Shown: piece after piece, positions 10,267-19,897 of the stretch
How positions within the stretch are numbered: the first letter of the stretch is position 1
How the letters are laid out: each line of letters starts with the position of its first letter
Assembly: GCA_963664195.1 (NCBI GenBank)
Contig: OY760907.1
Location: forward strand, 992,001-1,056,000
Origin: an uncultured candidate division Zixibacteria bacterium
GTDB taxonomy: Bacteria > Zixibacteria > MSB-5A5 > GN15 > FEB-12
Direction of reading: 5' to 3'
DNA: 64,000 nucleotides
The notes under the pieces: generated by a model
Databases searched by the model: none
Seen by the model: only the letters and a program-made list of their open reading frames with translations
Told to the model about the DNA's origin: nothing
Program-made: the position numbers and the translations under genes

Positions 10267-10863
10267 ATGAGTGCAGACAGCCAACATATCGAGATCACAG
10301 GCGAACCGACCACAGATCCGCAGGTGTGCAAGTTCACCGTGAGCCTGCCGTTGTACGCGGAGAAATCTGTCAGCTGCGCCAGCACTGAGATGGCCGAGGG
10401 ATCTCCGTTACTTCAGGCGTTGTTTGAAATCGACGGCGTCCGCGAAGTATTCGTTCACGGCCACAGCGTAACCATCGCCAAGAGCGGAGACCAGGATTGG
10501 CCCTCACTCGGCCGGCAGATCGGTGCGGCTATTCGAGGCGCTTTTGCGTCCGGCGAGCCGCTGATAGCTGAAGTACTCGCAGAACGGAAACCGTCAGAGA
10601 TTGAGATTCGTAAACAGGTCGAAGAATTGCTCAATCGGGACATCAACCCTCAGGTCTCCAGCCACGGCGGCAGCATCGACGTGGTGGACGTAAAAGGGAC
10701 GACTGTTTTTGTGCATTTGAGCGGCGGTTGCCAGGGATGCGCCTCGGCCAGCCTGACGCTCAGACAGGGCGTAGAGCGGGCGATTTTCAAAGGGATCCCG
10801 CAGGTAACACAGGTAGTGGATGTCACGGATCATGCGGCAGGGGCAAACCCGTACTACCGATAG
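10267..10863 (+). CDS. NifU/NfuA-type Fe-S scaffold (Nfu_N + NifU-C)
   Basis: N-terminal 'EPT.DPQ..KF...SPL.QALF.I.GV..VF'. C-terminal 'INPQVSSHGG...GGCQGC...TL.QGVE...DVTDH..GANPYY'. Confidence 0.9.
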   Translation: MSADSQHIEITGEPTTDPQVCKFTVSLPLYAEKSVSCASTEMAEGSPLLQALFEIDGVREVFVHGHSVTIAKSGDQDWPSLGRQIGAAIRGAFASGEPLIAEVLAERKPSEIEIRKQVEELLNRDINPQVSSHGGSIDVVDVKGTTVFVHLSGGCQGCASASLTLRQGVERAIFKGIPQVTQVVDVTDHAAGANPYYR

Positions 10864-10887
10864 TACGTCAGCGCATACGACTAGACG

Positions 10888-11781
10888 CTACTGCTGCAAC
10901 TCGGCGATTCGCTTCTGAGCGACCCGTTCTAGCCTTTTCCACCGATTGTTCACGTGCTCCAGGAAAGTCTTGTACGTGGAAATGGCTTCCTCGCTTCGCC
11001 CGTCTTCATCGTAGGTGAGGGCCAGAATGAAATGCGAGAGACAATAGCGAGGGTCGCGTTTCAGGGCTTCGTTGAGATCACTGATCGCCCAGTCGTAGTC
11101 GCCGCGCTCACGGAATACGCCGGCACGGTAGACGTAGGCACGGATGAAATTCGGGTCTCTCTTGATGACCTGACCGTATATCGCTATTGCGGAGTCAAAG
11201 TTGCTCTGTTTCTCCAGCGCAATACCGTACTTGAAGAGAGCCTCGGTCAGTGTGGTATCGATACGTAGCGCCGTTGCGAAATCAGTCTCGGCGTCGGCGA
11301 AATTCTTCACGGCCAACCGGATCTCTCCGCGCGTCAGCCAACCCAGGGCAAAATCGTTCTTCAATGCCCAGAGGCTATCCATGAGTTTGGCCGCGACGTC
11401 AAAGCGTTGAAGTCGGAGCTTGGCGTCGGCCGATAGACATAGCGCTACCGGATGCCTCGGAAGATGCTCGGCCAGAGAATCGGTATATGCTTCCCAACTC
11501 TGCAGATCTTCGTAGTCGGTGACGCTTTCAAAAAGGACGCGAGCCTCGCGGTTGCGGTTGGTTTGAACAGCGGCGTGGGCAGACAACAGTCGCGCGACCG
11601 GATCGTACACGCTTGCGGAGTCCCCGGCGATCCGGGTATAAACGTCGTCCCATTGCAGACGAAGAGCGTTCTGTCGAATGCGCAGGTCTACGGCCTGTGA
11701 CTGCGGCGCTAAGAGAACCAGCATCACTATCGCCGTCAGAAGAAACGTCAGAACCGACCAGCAGTTGGAGCTTTTTAACAT
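10888..11781 (-). CDS. Exported TPR-repeat protein
   Basis: Signal peptide ending QSQA-V and several TPR units (e.g. AYVYRAGVFRERGDYDWAISDLNEALKRDP). RBS AAGGA before ATG 11781. Confidence 0.8.
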   Translation of the reverse strand: MLKSSNCWSVLTFLLTAIVMLVLLAPQSQAVDLRIRQNALRLQWDDVYTRIAGDSASVYDPVARLLSAHAAVQTNRNREARVLFESVTDYEDLQSWEAYTDSLAEHLPRHPVALCLSADAKLRLQRFDVAAKLMDSLWALKNDFALGWLTRGEIRLAVKNFADAETDFATALRIDTTLTEALFKYGIALEKQSNFDSAIAIYGQVIKRDPNFIRAYVYRAGVFRERGDYDWAISDLNEALKRDPRYCLSHFILALTYDEDGRSEEAISTYKTFLEHVNNRWKRLERVAQKRIAELQQ

Positions 11782-12050
11782 CGTAATCCTTTCAGTATGC
11801 ACGAATCGCAGCTTCATTTGCTGCGGGCATCTTACTACATCATGCTACGAGCAAAGCGTCGCCCGTAGTACAATCCCACGCCGGTACCGATTGAACTTAT
11901 GACCAGCGAAGTCATCAGTCCGCCGACCTGGGAGCCGAGCCACCACCCAAGATAACCGCCGACCGATGACAAGGCCAGTGAGAAGAAAGTCCGCATATTT
12001 CCACCTTATACACAGATCGGGCGGCTCGGATCATTCTGCCGCACCTTGAT

Positions 12051-13331
12051 CTAGTTACTGCCCCGCACGGAGTTACCGTCTCCGAGGCTGCGGAAATCAT
12101 GACCGGTCGGGTTCTGGAACACCCGCAAATCGAATTTCGGCAACACCGCCAGCAGATGATCAAATATATCGGCCTGAATCGCCTCGTAGTTTGCCCATAC
12201 CTGATCATTCGAGAAAACATATATCTCGAGCGGAAGGCCGTACTCGCCCGGCGGAAGTTGCCTTACGAGGAAAGTCATGTCCTTGTGAATCTTCGGATGA
12301 TTGCGCAGATACGCCTCTACGTACGCTCGAAACGTCCCTATGTTGGTCATTCGTCGACCGTTAACTTCCGAGGACAGGTTGACACCGTTTTCCTGGTTGT
12401 GCCTTGCCAATTCTGTCTTCTTGCGTTCAATATACTCGGCAATAAACTGATACTGCGAGAATCTTTCCAGCATCTCGTCGGTGCAGAACCTTATGCTGTT
12501 CATGTCGATATTGATCGCCCGCTTGATCCGTCGCCCGCCCGACTCGGACATTCCCCGCCAGTTCTTGAAGCTGCCGGATATGAGCGAATAGGTTGGAATC
12601 GTGCTGATGGTTTTGTTCCAGTTCTGAACCTTGATAGTATGCAGGGAGATATCGATCACGTCGCCGTCGGCCCCGTACTGCGGCATTTCGATCCAATCGC
12701 CGATCCGCACCATGTTGCTCGAAGAAATCTGGAACGAGGCAACGAGTCCGAGGATCGTGTCTTTGAAAACCAAAATCAACACCGCGGTCATGGCACCAAG
12801 GCCGCCGAGAAGACCAAACGGCGACTGGTTGAACATGACGGCGATTCCGAGCACGGCGAGCAGTACGAACGCTATTATTTGGACTATTTGTACGTAGCCC
12901 TTAATCGGGCGATCTTTGGCTACGTCAAGCGTCCGGTAGACATCGAGCACAGCGTTCAGAAAGGCGTTCACCACCAACGCCCCAATCACTACCATGTAGA
13001 CCTGGGCAAGCCTCTGGATGATATTCTCAAACCCGGGGAAAGAGCCAGCCAGCCAGTAGAATACGAGCGCCGGAGCCACGTGGGCGGCCCGCTGGAGGAC
13101 ATGACGTTCCAGAAGAACGTCATCCCACTTGGTTTTCGTTCGCTTGATGATGTAATTCAGCGAGGTCAGCAGAATGCGTTTAGTGATAAGGTTGGCGATA
13201 ACAGCCAACAGGACAACGCCAAGTACGACCACAACCCAGCTCAACGAAGTCAGTAAGAAGCCTTCGAGGCCGGACGATTCCAGCCAGCCTTTTACGAGTT
13301 CAAACAAGCGCGGGGCATTCGTTTCTGTCAT
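12051..13331 (-). CDS. Mechanosensitive channel, MscS family (YbdG/MscM-like)
   Basis: 'GLGAMTAVLILVFKDTILG.VAS.Q', 'GDWIEMP.YGADGDV', 'FKNWRGM.ESGGRRIKR' and 'YEAIQADIFDH'. Confidence 0.92.
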   Translation of the reverse strand: MTETNAPRLFELVKGWLESSGLEGFLLTSLSWVVVVLGVVLLAVIANLITKRILLTSLNYIIKRTKTKWDDVLLERHVLQRAAHVAPALVFYWLAGSFPGFENIIQRLAQVYMVVIGALVVNAFLNAVLDVYRTLDVAKDRPIKGYVQIVQIIAFVLLAVLGIAVMFNQSPFGLLGGLGAMTAVLILVFKDTILGLVASFQISSSNMVRIGDWIEMPQYGADGDVIDISLHTIKVQNWNKTISTIPTYSLISGSFKNWRGMSESGGRRIKRAINIDMNSIRFCTDEMLERFSQYQFIAEYIERKKTELARHNQENGVNLSSEVNGRRMTNIGTFRAYVEAYLRNHPKIHKDMTFLVRQLPPGEYGLPLEIYVFSNDQVWANYEAIQADIFDHLLAVLPKFDLRVFQNPTGHDFRSLGDGNSVRGSN

Positions 13332-13527
13332 TATATCCACCTGTACGATTGTGCAACTGTCCGTGTGGAGAATGTAGGACAAAGGGGTGCGAGTGACAAG
13401 GATTTTGGCGGGCTACTTGCGAGCGTGGACGATATGTACTATCTTGGCGATGCGGGAAACGCACCTGTCCACAGGTAGGCCGGATCCGTCCGGTAAAGAA
13501 GACAACTATTGCTTTTCAGGAGGTCAT

Positions 13528-14202
13528 ATGGGTTGGAGAGCCGCCTGCATTTTCGTCAATGAAAACAAAAACACATTCCTGACCGGTAACTCCAAACCAA
13601 GGCCGGAGCTGGTGCAGAATGTTCTCAACAGTATCGGTTTGGATGATTTTGAGAGCAGGGACGAGACAACTCTTGACTCTTGTTTGTACCCCGACGACCA
13701 CGAAACCTGGCTGGGTTCGTTTGAAGGCGGACACATTATTGCATCTCAGGACCTCTCGAACAACCTCCTCAGAGGTGGAGAGTCCAAGGTCGTTCGCGGT
13801 CTGAGCGATATTGCCCCAAACGGCTCGATTCTCGCCATTACTCTTCATAGTGGCGTCAACCTGTTCGGCTACGCGTATTTCGAAAACGGTGTCCAACTGA
13901 GGGCACGGGCAGGCTCTGCCGACGACGGAGTCTTCATCGACGAGGGTGAACCGCTCCCCGAAGAACAGAAGCTGTTCGATCTGTCCGAAATGCGAGACGG
14001 TGAGCGTATCTTCAAGATCGAAGACAACGGCAGAGTCGGCGAGTACACTGAGGACCAGATGGGTGAGGAATTCGTTTTTGAGCTTTGCCGCCGGGCACTC
14101 GGTGAGAGATTCGATGGCAGTGATATCCTGGAGCTGCCGATGTACTCTGTTCGGAGACGCGAGAAACCGAATCTTTTTGAGAGACTGTTCGGAAGGAAAT
14201 AA
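13528..14202 (+). CDS. Hypothetical protein (DUF6928-like)
   Basis: Strong RBS AGGAGG before ATG 13528. 'HSGVNLFGYAYFENG...R...DEGEPLPEE' resembles DUF6928 (from memory). Confidence 0.6.
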   Translation: MGWRAACIFVNENKNTFLTGNSKPRPELVQNVLNSIGLDDFESRDETTLDSCLYPDDHETWLGSFEGGHIIASQDLSNNLLRGGESKVVRGLSDIAPNGSILAITLHSGVNLFGYAYFENGVQLRARAGSADDGVFIDEGEPLPEEQKLFDLSEMRDGERIFKIEDNGRVGEYTEDQMGEEFVFELCRRALGERFDGSDILELPMYSVRRREKPNLFERLFGRK

Positions 14203-14375
14203 AACTCAAAAAAGAGCAGAAGGGCCGGCGCGCCCTCCCGGTCAACTTTTTTGCGTGACTTACCGACATTCTCAACATAGCATTACCTGTTCTTGCGAAA
14301 GCATCAGAACAAAGGTCTGCCGTTTGCGTTATTGAAGAGACTTCAAGACTCCAGAACGATTGTGACTGAATTGCC

Positions 14376-16370
14376 ATGTGTGGAATAGCCGGTTTTTTCC
14401 AGGTCGACGGTACCCAGCCCCCGGATCGCGAGCTCATAGCCCGAATGGTGCAGATGATCGAGCACCGTGGCCCGGACGAGTTCGGCGCGTATCTCGATGA
14501 CAAGTGCGTTCTCGGGCAGGCACGGCTTTCCATTATCGATCTCTCCGGCGGCAAGCAGCCGATGTGCAACGAGGACGGGTCAATCTGGATCAGTTTCAAC
14601 GGTGAAATCTACAACTACGTGGAACTCCGCCCGGAACTGGAACAACTCGGCCACGTCTTCAAGACCCGCTCCGATACCGAAGTCATCATCCATGCCTACG
14701 AACAATGGGGCAAGGACTGTCTCAGTCGGTTCAACGGTCAATTCGCGTTTGCGATCTACGACAGCAACCGTCAATCGCTTTTCATATCGCGCGACCGGTT
14801 GGGTATCCGTCCGGCCTTCTGGACACAGTGCAACGGGCGATTCTATTTCGCCTCAGAGATCAAATCGATTTTCTGTGACCCGCAGGTGCCGCGACGGTTG
14901 GATATGAAAGGTCTCGATGAAATCTTCACCTGGTGGACCACCGCTCCCCCCCGGACGGCTTTTGAGGGGATTAACGAACTCGAAGCCGGAACGTGGCTGG
15001 AAATCCGCGAGGGCGAGATAACGACTGACCGCTATTGGACGATGACGTTTCCGGAACAGTTCGACCGTAATCGCTCGGCGGCGTCGTGGGCGGAGGAACT
15101 TCGCGAGTTGCTGATCGATTCTGTCAGATTGCGTCTTCGCGCCGATGTTCCCGTGGGGGCGTATCTCTCCGGCGGGCTTGACTCCTCGGCCACGACCGCG
15201 CTAATCCGGCATTTCACCGACACGAGAGTTGAAACGTTTTCGATAGCGTTCGCCGATGAGGCCTACGATGAGTCCGGCTACCAGAAACAGATGGCGGATC
15301 ATCTGGGGACCAATCATCACCAGGTGTTGTGCAAGTATCAGGATATCGCGGAGCATTTCCCGAAAGTGATCTGGCACACCGAGCGTCCGATTGTCAGGAC
15401 TGCCCCGACGCCTCTATACATGTTGTCGCGGTTGGTGCGCGATAACGATTTCAAGGTAGTGCTAACCGGCGAAGGGTCTGATGAGATTCTCGGCGGCTAC
15501 GACATTTTCAAAGAGACACTGATTCGCGCGTTCTGGGCCAAGGACCCCGATTCGACCTGGCGGCCCTCGATTTTGAAACGCCTCTACCCTACACTGCCGG
15601 TCGATGCCTCCAAAGCCGGTGCCTACCTCGCCGCCTTCTACAAAAAGGGGCTGGGCGAGACGGACAGTTACAATTTCTCGCACATGCCGCGCATGGCGAC
15701 CGCCACAATGATCAAGAATTTCTTCTCAGCGGAGACCAAGGCCGCCGTTGGCGCTTACGACTCAACGGAAGCGTTCGGCAGTGGGTTGCCATTGAATTTC
15801 GACAAGTGGCATCACCTCGCACGCGCTCAGTTTGTTGAAGCACGGTCACTGCTGGCCGGGTACATTCTGTCGTCGCAGGGAGACCGGATGTGCGCTGCGA
15901 ATTCAATCGAAGGTCGCTTCCCGTTCCTCGATCACCGCATAGCCGAGTTCGCCGCCACAGTGCCGCCGTGGCATAAGATTCTTGGTTTGAACGAAAAGTT
16001 CATTCTCAAAAAGGCGATGCGTCCGGAGATCCCGAAGGAGATTCTGGATCGCGTCAAGCAACCGTACATGGCGCCGGACTCAAACAGTTTCGTGCAGGCA
16101 GATTCGCCCGACTATGTCGGCGAGTTGCTATCGGAAGAAGCGGTCTCGAAAACGGGCGTGTTCAATCCGACATCGGTTGCGAAGCTTCGAGCCAAGTGCA
16201 CGAAGCTCAAGGACAAGCATCTGTCGTTCAGGGATAACATGTCTTTTGTAGCGGTTTTGTCGACGCAGTTGACGGCGCATCATTACGTCGAGGACTTCAA
16301 GCCGCCGAAGGCGGCCGGCCGTGAGGCGTTCACGATCTGGCATGACTGTTCGAAGTTGGCCGCGAAGTAG
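14376..16370 (+). CDS. asnB: Asparagine synthase (glutamine-hydrolysing)-family amidotransferase
   Basis: N-terminal MCGIAG (Ntn Cys), HRGPD, RLSIIDL, FNGEIYN, YLSGGLDSS, VLTGEGSDE and EGRFPFLDH. Confidence 0.93.
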   Translation: MCGIAGFFQVDGTQPPDRELIARMVQMIEHRGPDEFGAYLDDKCVLGQARLSIIDLSGGKQPMCNEDGSIWISFNGEIYNYVELRPELEQLGHVFKTRSDTEVIIHAYEQWGKDCLSRFNGQFAFAIYDSNRQSLFISRDRLGIRPAFWTQCNGRFYFASEIKSIFCDPQVPRRLDMKGLDEIFTWWTTAPPRTAFEGINELEAGTWLEIREGEITTDRYWTMTFPEQFDRNRSAASWAEELRELLIDSVRLRLRADVPVGAYLSGGLDSSATTALIRHFTDTRVETFSIAFADEAYDESGYQKQMADHLGTNHHQVLCKYQDIAEHFPKVIWHTERPIVRTAPTPLYMLSRLVRDNDFKVVLTGEGSDEILGGYDIFKETLIRAFWAKDPDSTWRPSILKRLYPTLPVDASKAGAYLAAFYKKGLGETDSYNFSHMPRMATATMIKNFFSAETKAAVGAYDSTEAFGSGLPLNFDKWHHLARAQFVEARSLLAGYILSSQGDRMCAANSIEGRFPFLDHRIAEFAATVPPWHKILGLNEKFILKKAMRPEIPKEILDRVKQPYMAPDSNSFVQADSPDYVGELLSEEAVSKTGVFNPTSVAKLRAKCTKLKDKHLSFRDNMSFVAVLSTQLTAHHYVEDFKPPKAAGREAFTIWHDCSKLAAK

Positions 16371-16411
16371 ATGTGATGTCGGATTTCTCAGTCTGGGAAA
16401 TCACCCTCTGA

Positions 16412-16488
16412 CCAATCAAGTCAAGCTTCCAATCAAGTCAAGCTTCTAATCAAGTCACACTGAGCTTGTCGAAGTGTGACTTGATTGG
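16412..16488. repeat. Tandem 17-nt repeats leading into a 14-bp palindromic REP-like element
   Basis: CCAATCAAGTCAAGCTT x2, then AATCAAGTCACACT-gagcttgtcga-AGTGTGACTTGATT (perfect stem), between convergent asnB and ptrB. Confidence 0.8.
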
Positions 16489-16495
16489 ACCCTCC

Positions 16496-16522
16496 GTCGA
16501 AACTGCAGGGGTTCCGACCTAC
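16496..16522 (-). repeat. GTAG-family REP-like hairpin
   Basis: The minus strand reads GTAG-GTCGGAACC-cctgc-AGTTTCGAC, nearly identical to 6540-6566. Confidence 0.65.
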
Positions 16523-16530
16523 AAGTGCCC

Positions 16531-18666
16531 CTACTCCGTGATTCCCATGCAATCCAGCACAAACGCGTACTCGAAGGCTGTTTCCCGAAGATAATCGTAG
16601 CGTCCGGATGAGCCGCCGTGGCCGGCGCCCATATTCGTCAGCAACAGAATACGATTCTCGTGTTCAGGGTTGAGGGCGCGAAGCTTCGCCGTGTATTTCG
16701 TTCCCTCCCAGTACTGCACGCGGGTGTCGTTCAACGAGGACTCTATAAGAATGTGCGGATAGTCTTTCTTTGCGACGTTGTCATACGGCGAGTACGACAA
16801 CATGTAATGAAAGTACTCTTCCTCGTTTGGGTTGCCCCACTCGTCATACTCGACCACGGTGAGCGGAATCGAGGCGTCGAGCATCGTGTTCATAACGTCG
16901 ACAAAAGGAACTCCGACAATCGCCGCGCCGAATTGCTCGGGAGCCATGTTGACAACCGCACCCGTCAGCAGTCCGCCCGCGCTGTAACCGACGGCAGCCG
17001 TCTTCTCAGCGGTTGTGTACTTCTGTTCGCAGAGGTATTTCGCGCAGTCTATGAAATCCGTGAATGTATTCTTCTTTTTCAACAGCTTGCCGTCGTCGTA
17101 CCACGGCCGTCCCATCTCACCGCCGCCGCGCACGTGCGCCAGAGCGTAGATGAACCCGCGGTCGAGCAGGCTCGGACGACTGACTGAGAACCAGGGATCC
17201 ATGCTGTCACCGTAGGACCCGTAACCGTAGAGCATGAGCGGATTGCTGCCGTCTTTCACCAGTCCCTTCTTGTAGACCATAGAGACAGGAATCTGCGTTC
17301 CGTCGGCGGCAGTGGCAAACACACGTTCGGTTACGTAGTTATCGGGATCGAATCCACCGGGGACTTCAGTCCGTTTCAGCAACTCAAGAGAGTGAGTGGC
17401 CATGTTGTAGTCATAGATCGTTTTCGGTGTGACATAGGACTGGTATGTCAGACGCAGTCTATCCGTCCGAAAGTCCGGATTTTCAGCGATTTTGAACCTG
17501 TACGAATAAACCGCTTCGGGGAACGCCACATTATGGCTTTTGTTGCTCGCCAGATCGGTCACACGGATAGTTCGCAAACCGTCTTCCCGCTCAAGGAGAA
17601 CCATGTAATCATCGTACATCTCAACCGTCTCTATGAAGATGTTCGGATCGTGCGCAATCAGCTCTTTCCAATTCTTCTTCGAGGGATTCCGCACCGACGC
17701 GGTCATCACCTTGAAATTGACCGCGTTCTCATTGGTCAGAATGTAGAACTTGTTCCCGTGGTGCGCGACCGTGTATTCAAGCCCTTCCTCACGCGGCTGG
17801 ATGATTTTCAATTGTCCCTGTGGATTGTCCGCTTTGAGATAGTGAATCTCGTAGGTAACCTTGCTGGCGGTCTCCATCAGGAGATATTCGCCGCTTCGGG
17901 TGCGGGAGATCGACATCCAGAACTTCTCGTCGTCTTCCTGAAAAACCAGGACGTCTTTGGCAGGATCGGTACCGAGCGTATGGCGATACAGTTGATATGG
18001 CCGCCAGGCCTCATCCGGTACGGTGTAGAAGATGGTCTTGTTATCGTTTGCCCAGGCAGCCTCGCCGCTGGTGTTGGGTATCTGTTCCGAGAGCTGTTCG
18101 TCGGTGGAGAGATTCTTGAAATGCAGCGTGTAGCGTTCTGAGCCGTTGTCATCGGTGCCGTAGACGAGCATGGAATGATCAGGACTGGGCTGAAACGGGG
18201 CGATGTCTGTGAAATCCTTCCCCTCAGCAACGGCGTTAACATCAAGCAGGATTTGCTCCGGCGCTTCCAGCGATCCCCGTTTGCGGCAGTAGATTTCGTA
18301 CTGTTTGCCTTCTTCCTCACGGTCGTAGTAAAAATACTCACCGTCTTTGACCGGCACCGACAGATCGGTTTCTTTGATGCGCGCTTTGCACTCCTGGAAG
18401 AGCTTCTCCTGCAAACCTTCGGTGTGCTTCATGACGGCATCTGTGTAGTCGTTCTCGGCGTTGATGTAAGCGAGGACCTCGGGATTGGCCCGATCGCGCA
18501 GCCAGTAGTAGTTGTCTGTCATCTCCACACCGAACAGGGTGTCGATTTTCGGTTCGACCTTGGCTATAGGCGGCACGGGCGTGCTGCTGCAAGCGGCCAG
18601 TGAGAGACAGATGGACGCGACAACAACTGCCGCGAGGGATTTCCTCCAACATGTAACGTTAAGCAT
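16531..18666 (-). CDS. ptrB: Oligopeptidase B (S9A), lipoprotein
   Basis: Lipobox LAAC, DNYYWLRD, YGYGSYG, HVRGGGE.G..WY, GYSAGG, D.RVQYWE and GAGHGG. Confidence 0.93.
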   Translation of the reverse strand: MLNVTCWRKSLAAVVVASICLSLAACSSTPVPPIAKVEPKIDTLFGVEMTDNYYWLRDRANPEVLAYINAENDYTDAVMKHTEGLQEKLFQECKARIKETDLSVPVKDGEYFYYDREEEGKQYEIYCRKRGSLEAPEQILLDVNAVAEGKDFTDIAPFQPSPDHSMLVYGTDDNGSERYTLHFKNLSTDEQLSEQIPNTSGEAAWANDNKTIFYTVPDEAWRPYQLYRHTLGTDPAKDVLVFQEDDEKFWMSISRTRSGEYLLMETASKVTYEIHYLKADNPQGQLKIIQPREEGLEYTVAHHGNKFYILTNENAVNFKVMTASVRNPSKKNWKELIAHDPNIFIETVEMYDDYMVLLEREDGLRTIRVTDLASNKSHNVAFPEAVYSYRFKIAENPDFRTDRLRLTYQSYVTPKTIYDYNMATHSLELLKRTEVPGGFDPDNYVTERVFATAADGTQIPVSMVYKKGLVKDGSNPLMLYGYGSYGDSMDPWFSVSRPSLLDRGFIYALAHVRGGGEMGRPWYDDGKLLKKKNTFTDFIDCAKYLCEQKYTTAEKTAAVGYSAGGLLTGAVVNMAPEQFGAAIVGVPFVDVMNTMLDASIPLTVVEYDEWGNPNEEEYFHYMLSYSPYDNVAKKDYPHILIESSLNDTRVQYWEGTKYTAKLRALNPEHENRILLLTNMGAGHGGSSGRYDYLRETAFEYAFVLDCMGITE

Positions 18667-18705
18667 GAATGCTCCCTTCAGGTGTACAGGCTGCGACTTT
18701 TGTCG

Positions 18706-19125
18706 CTACTCACCAATAATCTTGATCAACACGCGTTTGCGTCGACGGCCGTCAAACTCGCCGTAAAATATCTGTTCCCAGGTACCGAAATCAAGCTCGC
18801 CATTTGTGATAGCGACTACTACCTCGCGACCCATTATCTGCCGTTTCATGTGCGCATCGGCGTTGTCTTCGCCGGTGTCGTTGTGACGATACTGCGCAAT
18901 CGGGGCGTGTGGAGCCAATGTCTCAAGCCAGGTTTCGTAATCGGCGTGGAGACCGCGCTCGTCATCATTGATGAACACCGAGGCGGTGATATGCATAGCG
19001 TTGACCAGAACCAGGCCCTCACGGACACCGCTTTCATCGATACAGTCTTTGACGTCGGGGGTAATGTTGACAAACCCTCGGCGAGAGGGGATGTCGAACC
19101 AGAGTTCCTTGCGATAGCTTTTCAT
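18706..19125 (-). CDS. yjbQ: YjbQ/UPF0047 family protein
   Basis: '[13 protein letters not shown]', '[12 protein letters not shown]' and '[16 protein letters not shown]'. Confidence 0.92.
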   Translation of the reverse strand: MKSYRKELWFDIPSRRGFVNITPDVKDCIDESGVREGLVLVNAMHITASVFINDDERGLHADYETWLETLAPHAPIAQYRHNDTGEDNADAHMKRQIMGREVVVAITNGELDFGTWEQIFYGEFDGRRRKRVLIKIIGE

Positions 19126-19679
19126 CAGTTCTCACTTCGTTTTCCGGTTAGAGGATACTCAGCCTCCACCTGGTGCAGGGCCTTCTCCGATGACAGGAAC
19201 GAGGAATATAGGCAAAACTCCTCCACCGCAAAAGGCTCTAACTTCAACAAAGAGTTGGCGGTAAGGAAACCGGCCACTCTCTCAGGCGGGCAGTTTTTGA
19301 GTCTGGCCAGACCGATATGCGGCGTGAATTTCCGCTTTTCTGCCGGCAGTCCGGTCCGCTGAAGGGTCGATTCAATCCGACGGTGCAATACGACCAGTGA
19401 CTCGTTTCGCTCTATCCCGGCCCAGAGCGTTTCAGGGTTGCCGCGCGGTGGAAAAAAGCCGACGCCGCTGACAGTGAGGGCAAACGGCTCGGACTCGATT
19501 GTCCCCAGCGCCTCGGCAACGTCGCGGAACACGGCCCCGTCGACTTCGCCGATGAATCGCAGTGTCAGGTGCAACCGGGTTTCGTCGAACCATTTGGCTG
19601 CAGAGATTCCGTAGCATATTTGCAGGAGATCGTCCTTAACTCGTTCCGGGAGTTCGATTGCAACGAATAAACGATACAT
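19125..19679 (-). CDS. thpR: RNA 2',3'-cyclic phosphodiesterase (2H family)
   Basis: [17 protein letters not shown] and FTPHI.LAR. RBS AGGAGG. The stop codon overlaps the yjbQ start. Confidence 0.9.
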   Translation of the reverse strand: MYRLFVAIELPERVKDDLLQICYGISAAKWFDETRLHLTLRFIGEVDGAVFRDVAEALGTIESEPFALTVSGVGFFPPRGNPETLWAGIERNESLVVLHRRIESTLQRTGLPAEKRKFTPHIGLARLKNCPPERVAGFLTANSLLKLEPFAVEEFCLYSSFLSSEKALHQVEAEYPLTGKRSEN

Positions 19680-19897
19680 GATGACTGTCCTCCTTGAAGC
19701 AACGAGTTCGAGGTATCGGTTGCCCCGCCGACTCCCGTATAATGTAACGTTTGTTGAGGATAGAGCAAAGGAGGTTGTGAACATTTGGATAAGTCTGAAA
19801 CCAACCGGCTCAGCCTTTGTTATTGACACGACCGCCTGAGAACAGTTACTCATACCCTGCGGAGCACATAGCACCCGAAACCTGAGGATGAATACCC

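Noticed and set aside
12099..13256. 385-aa + strand ORF
   Set aside because: Antisense to the well-supported MscS gene.
16412..16488. Possible mini-CRISPR array
   Set aside because: The 17-nt units are directly adjacent with no spacers, and no cas genes are present.
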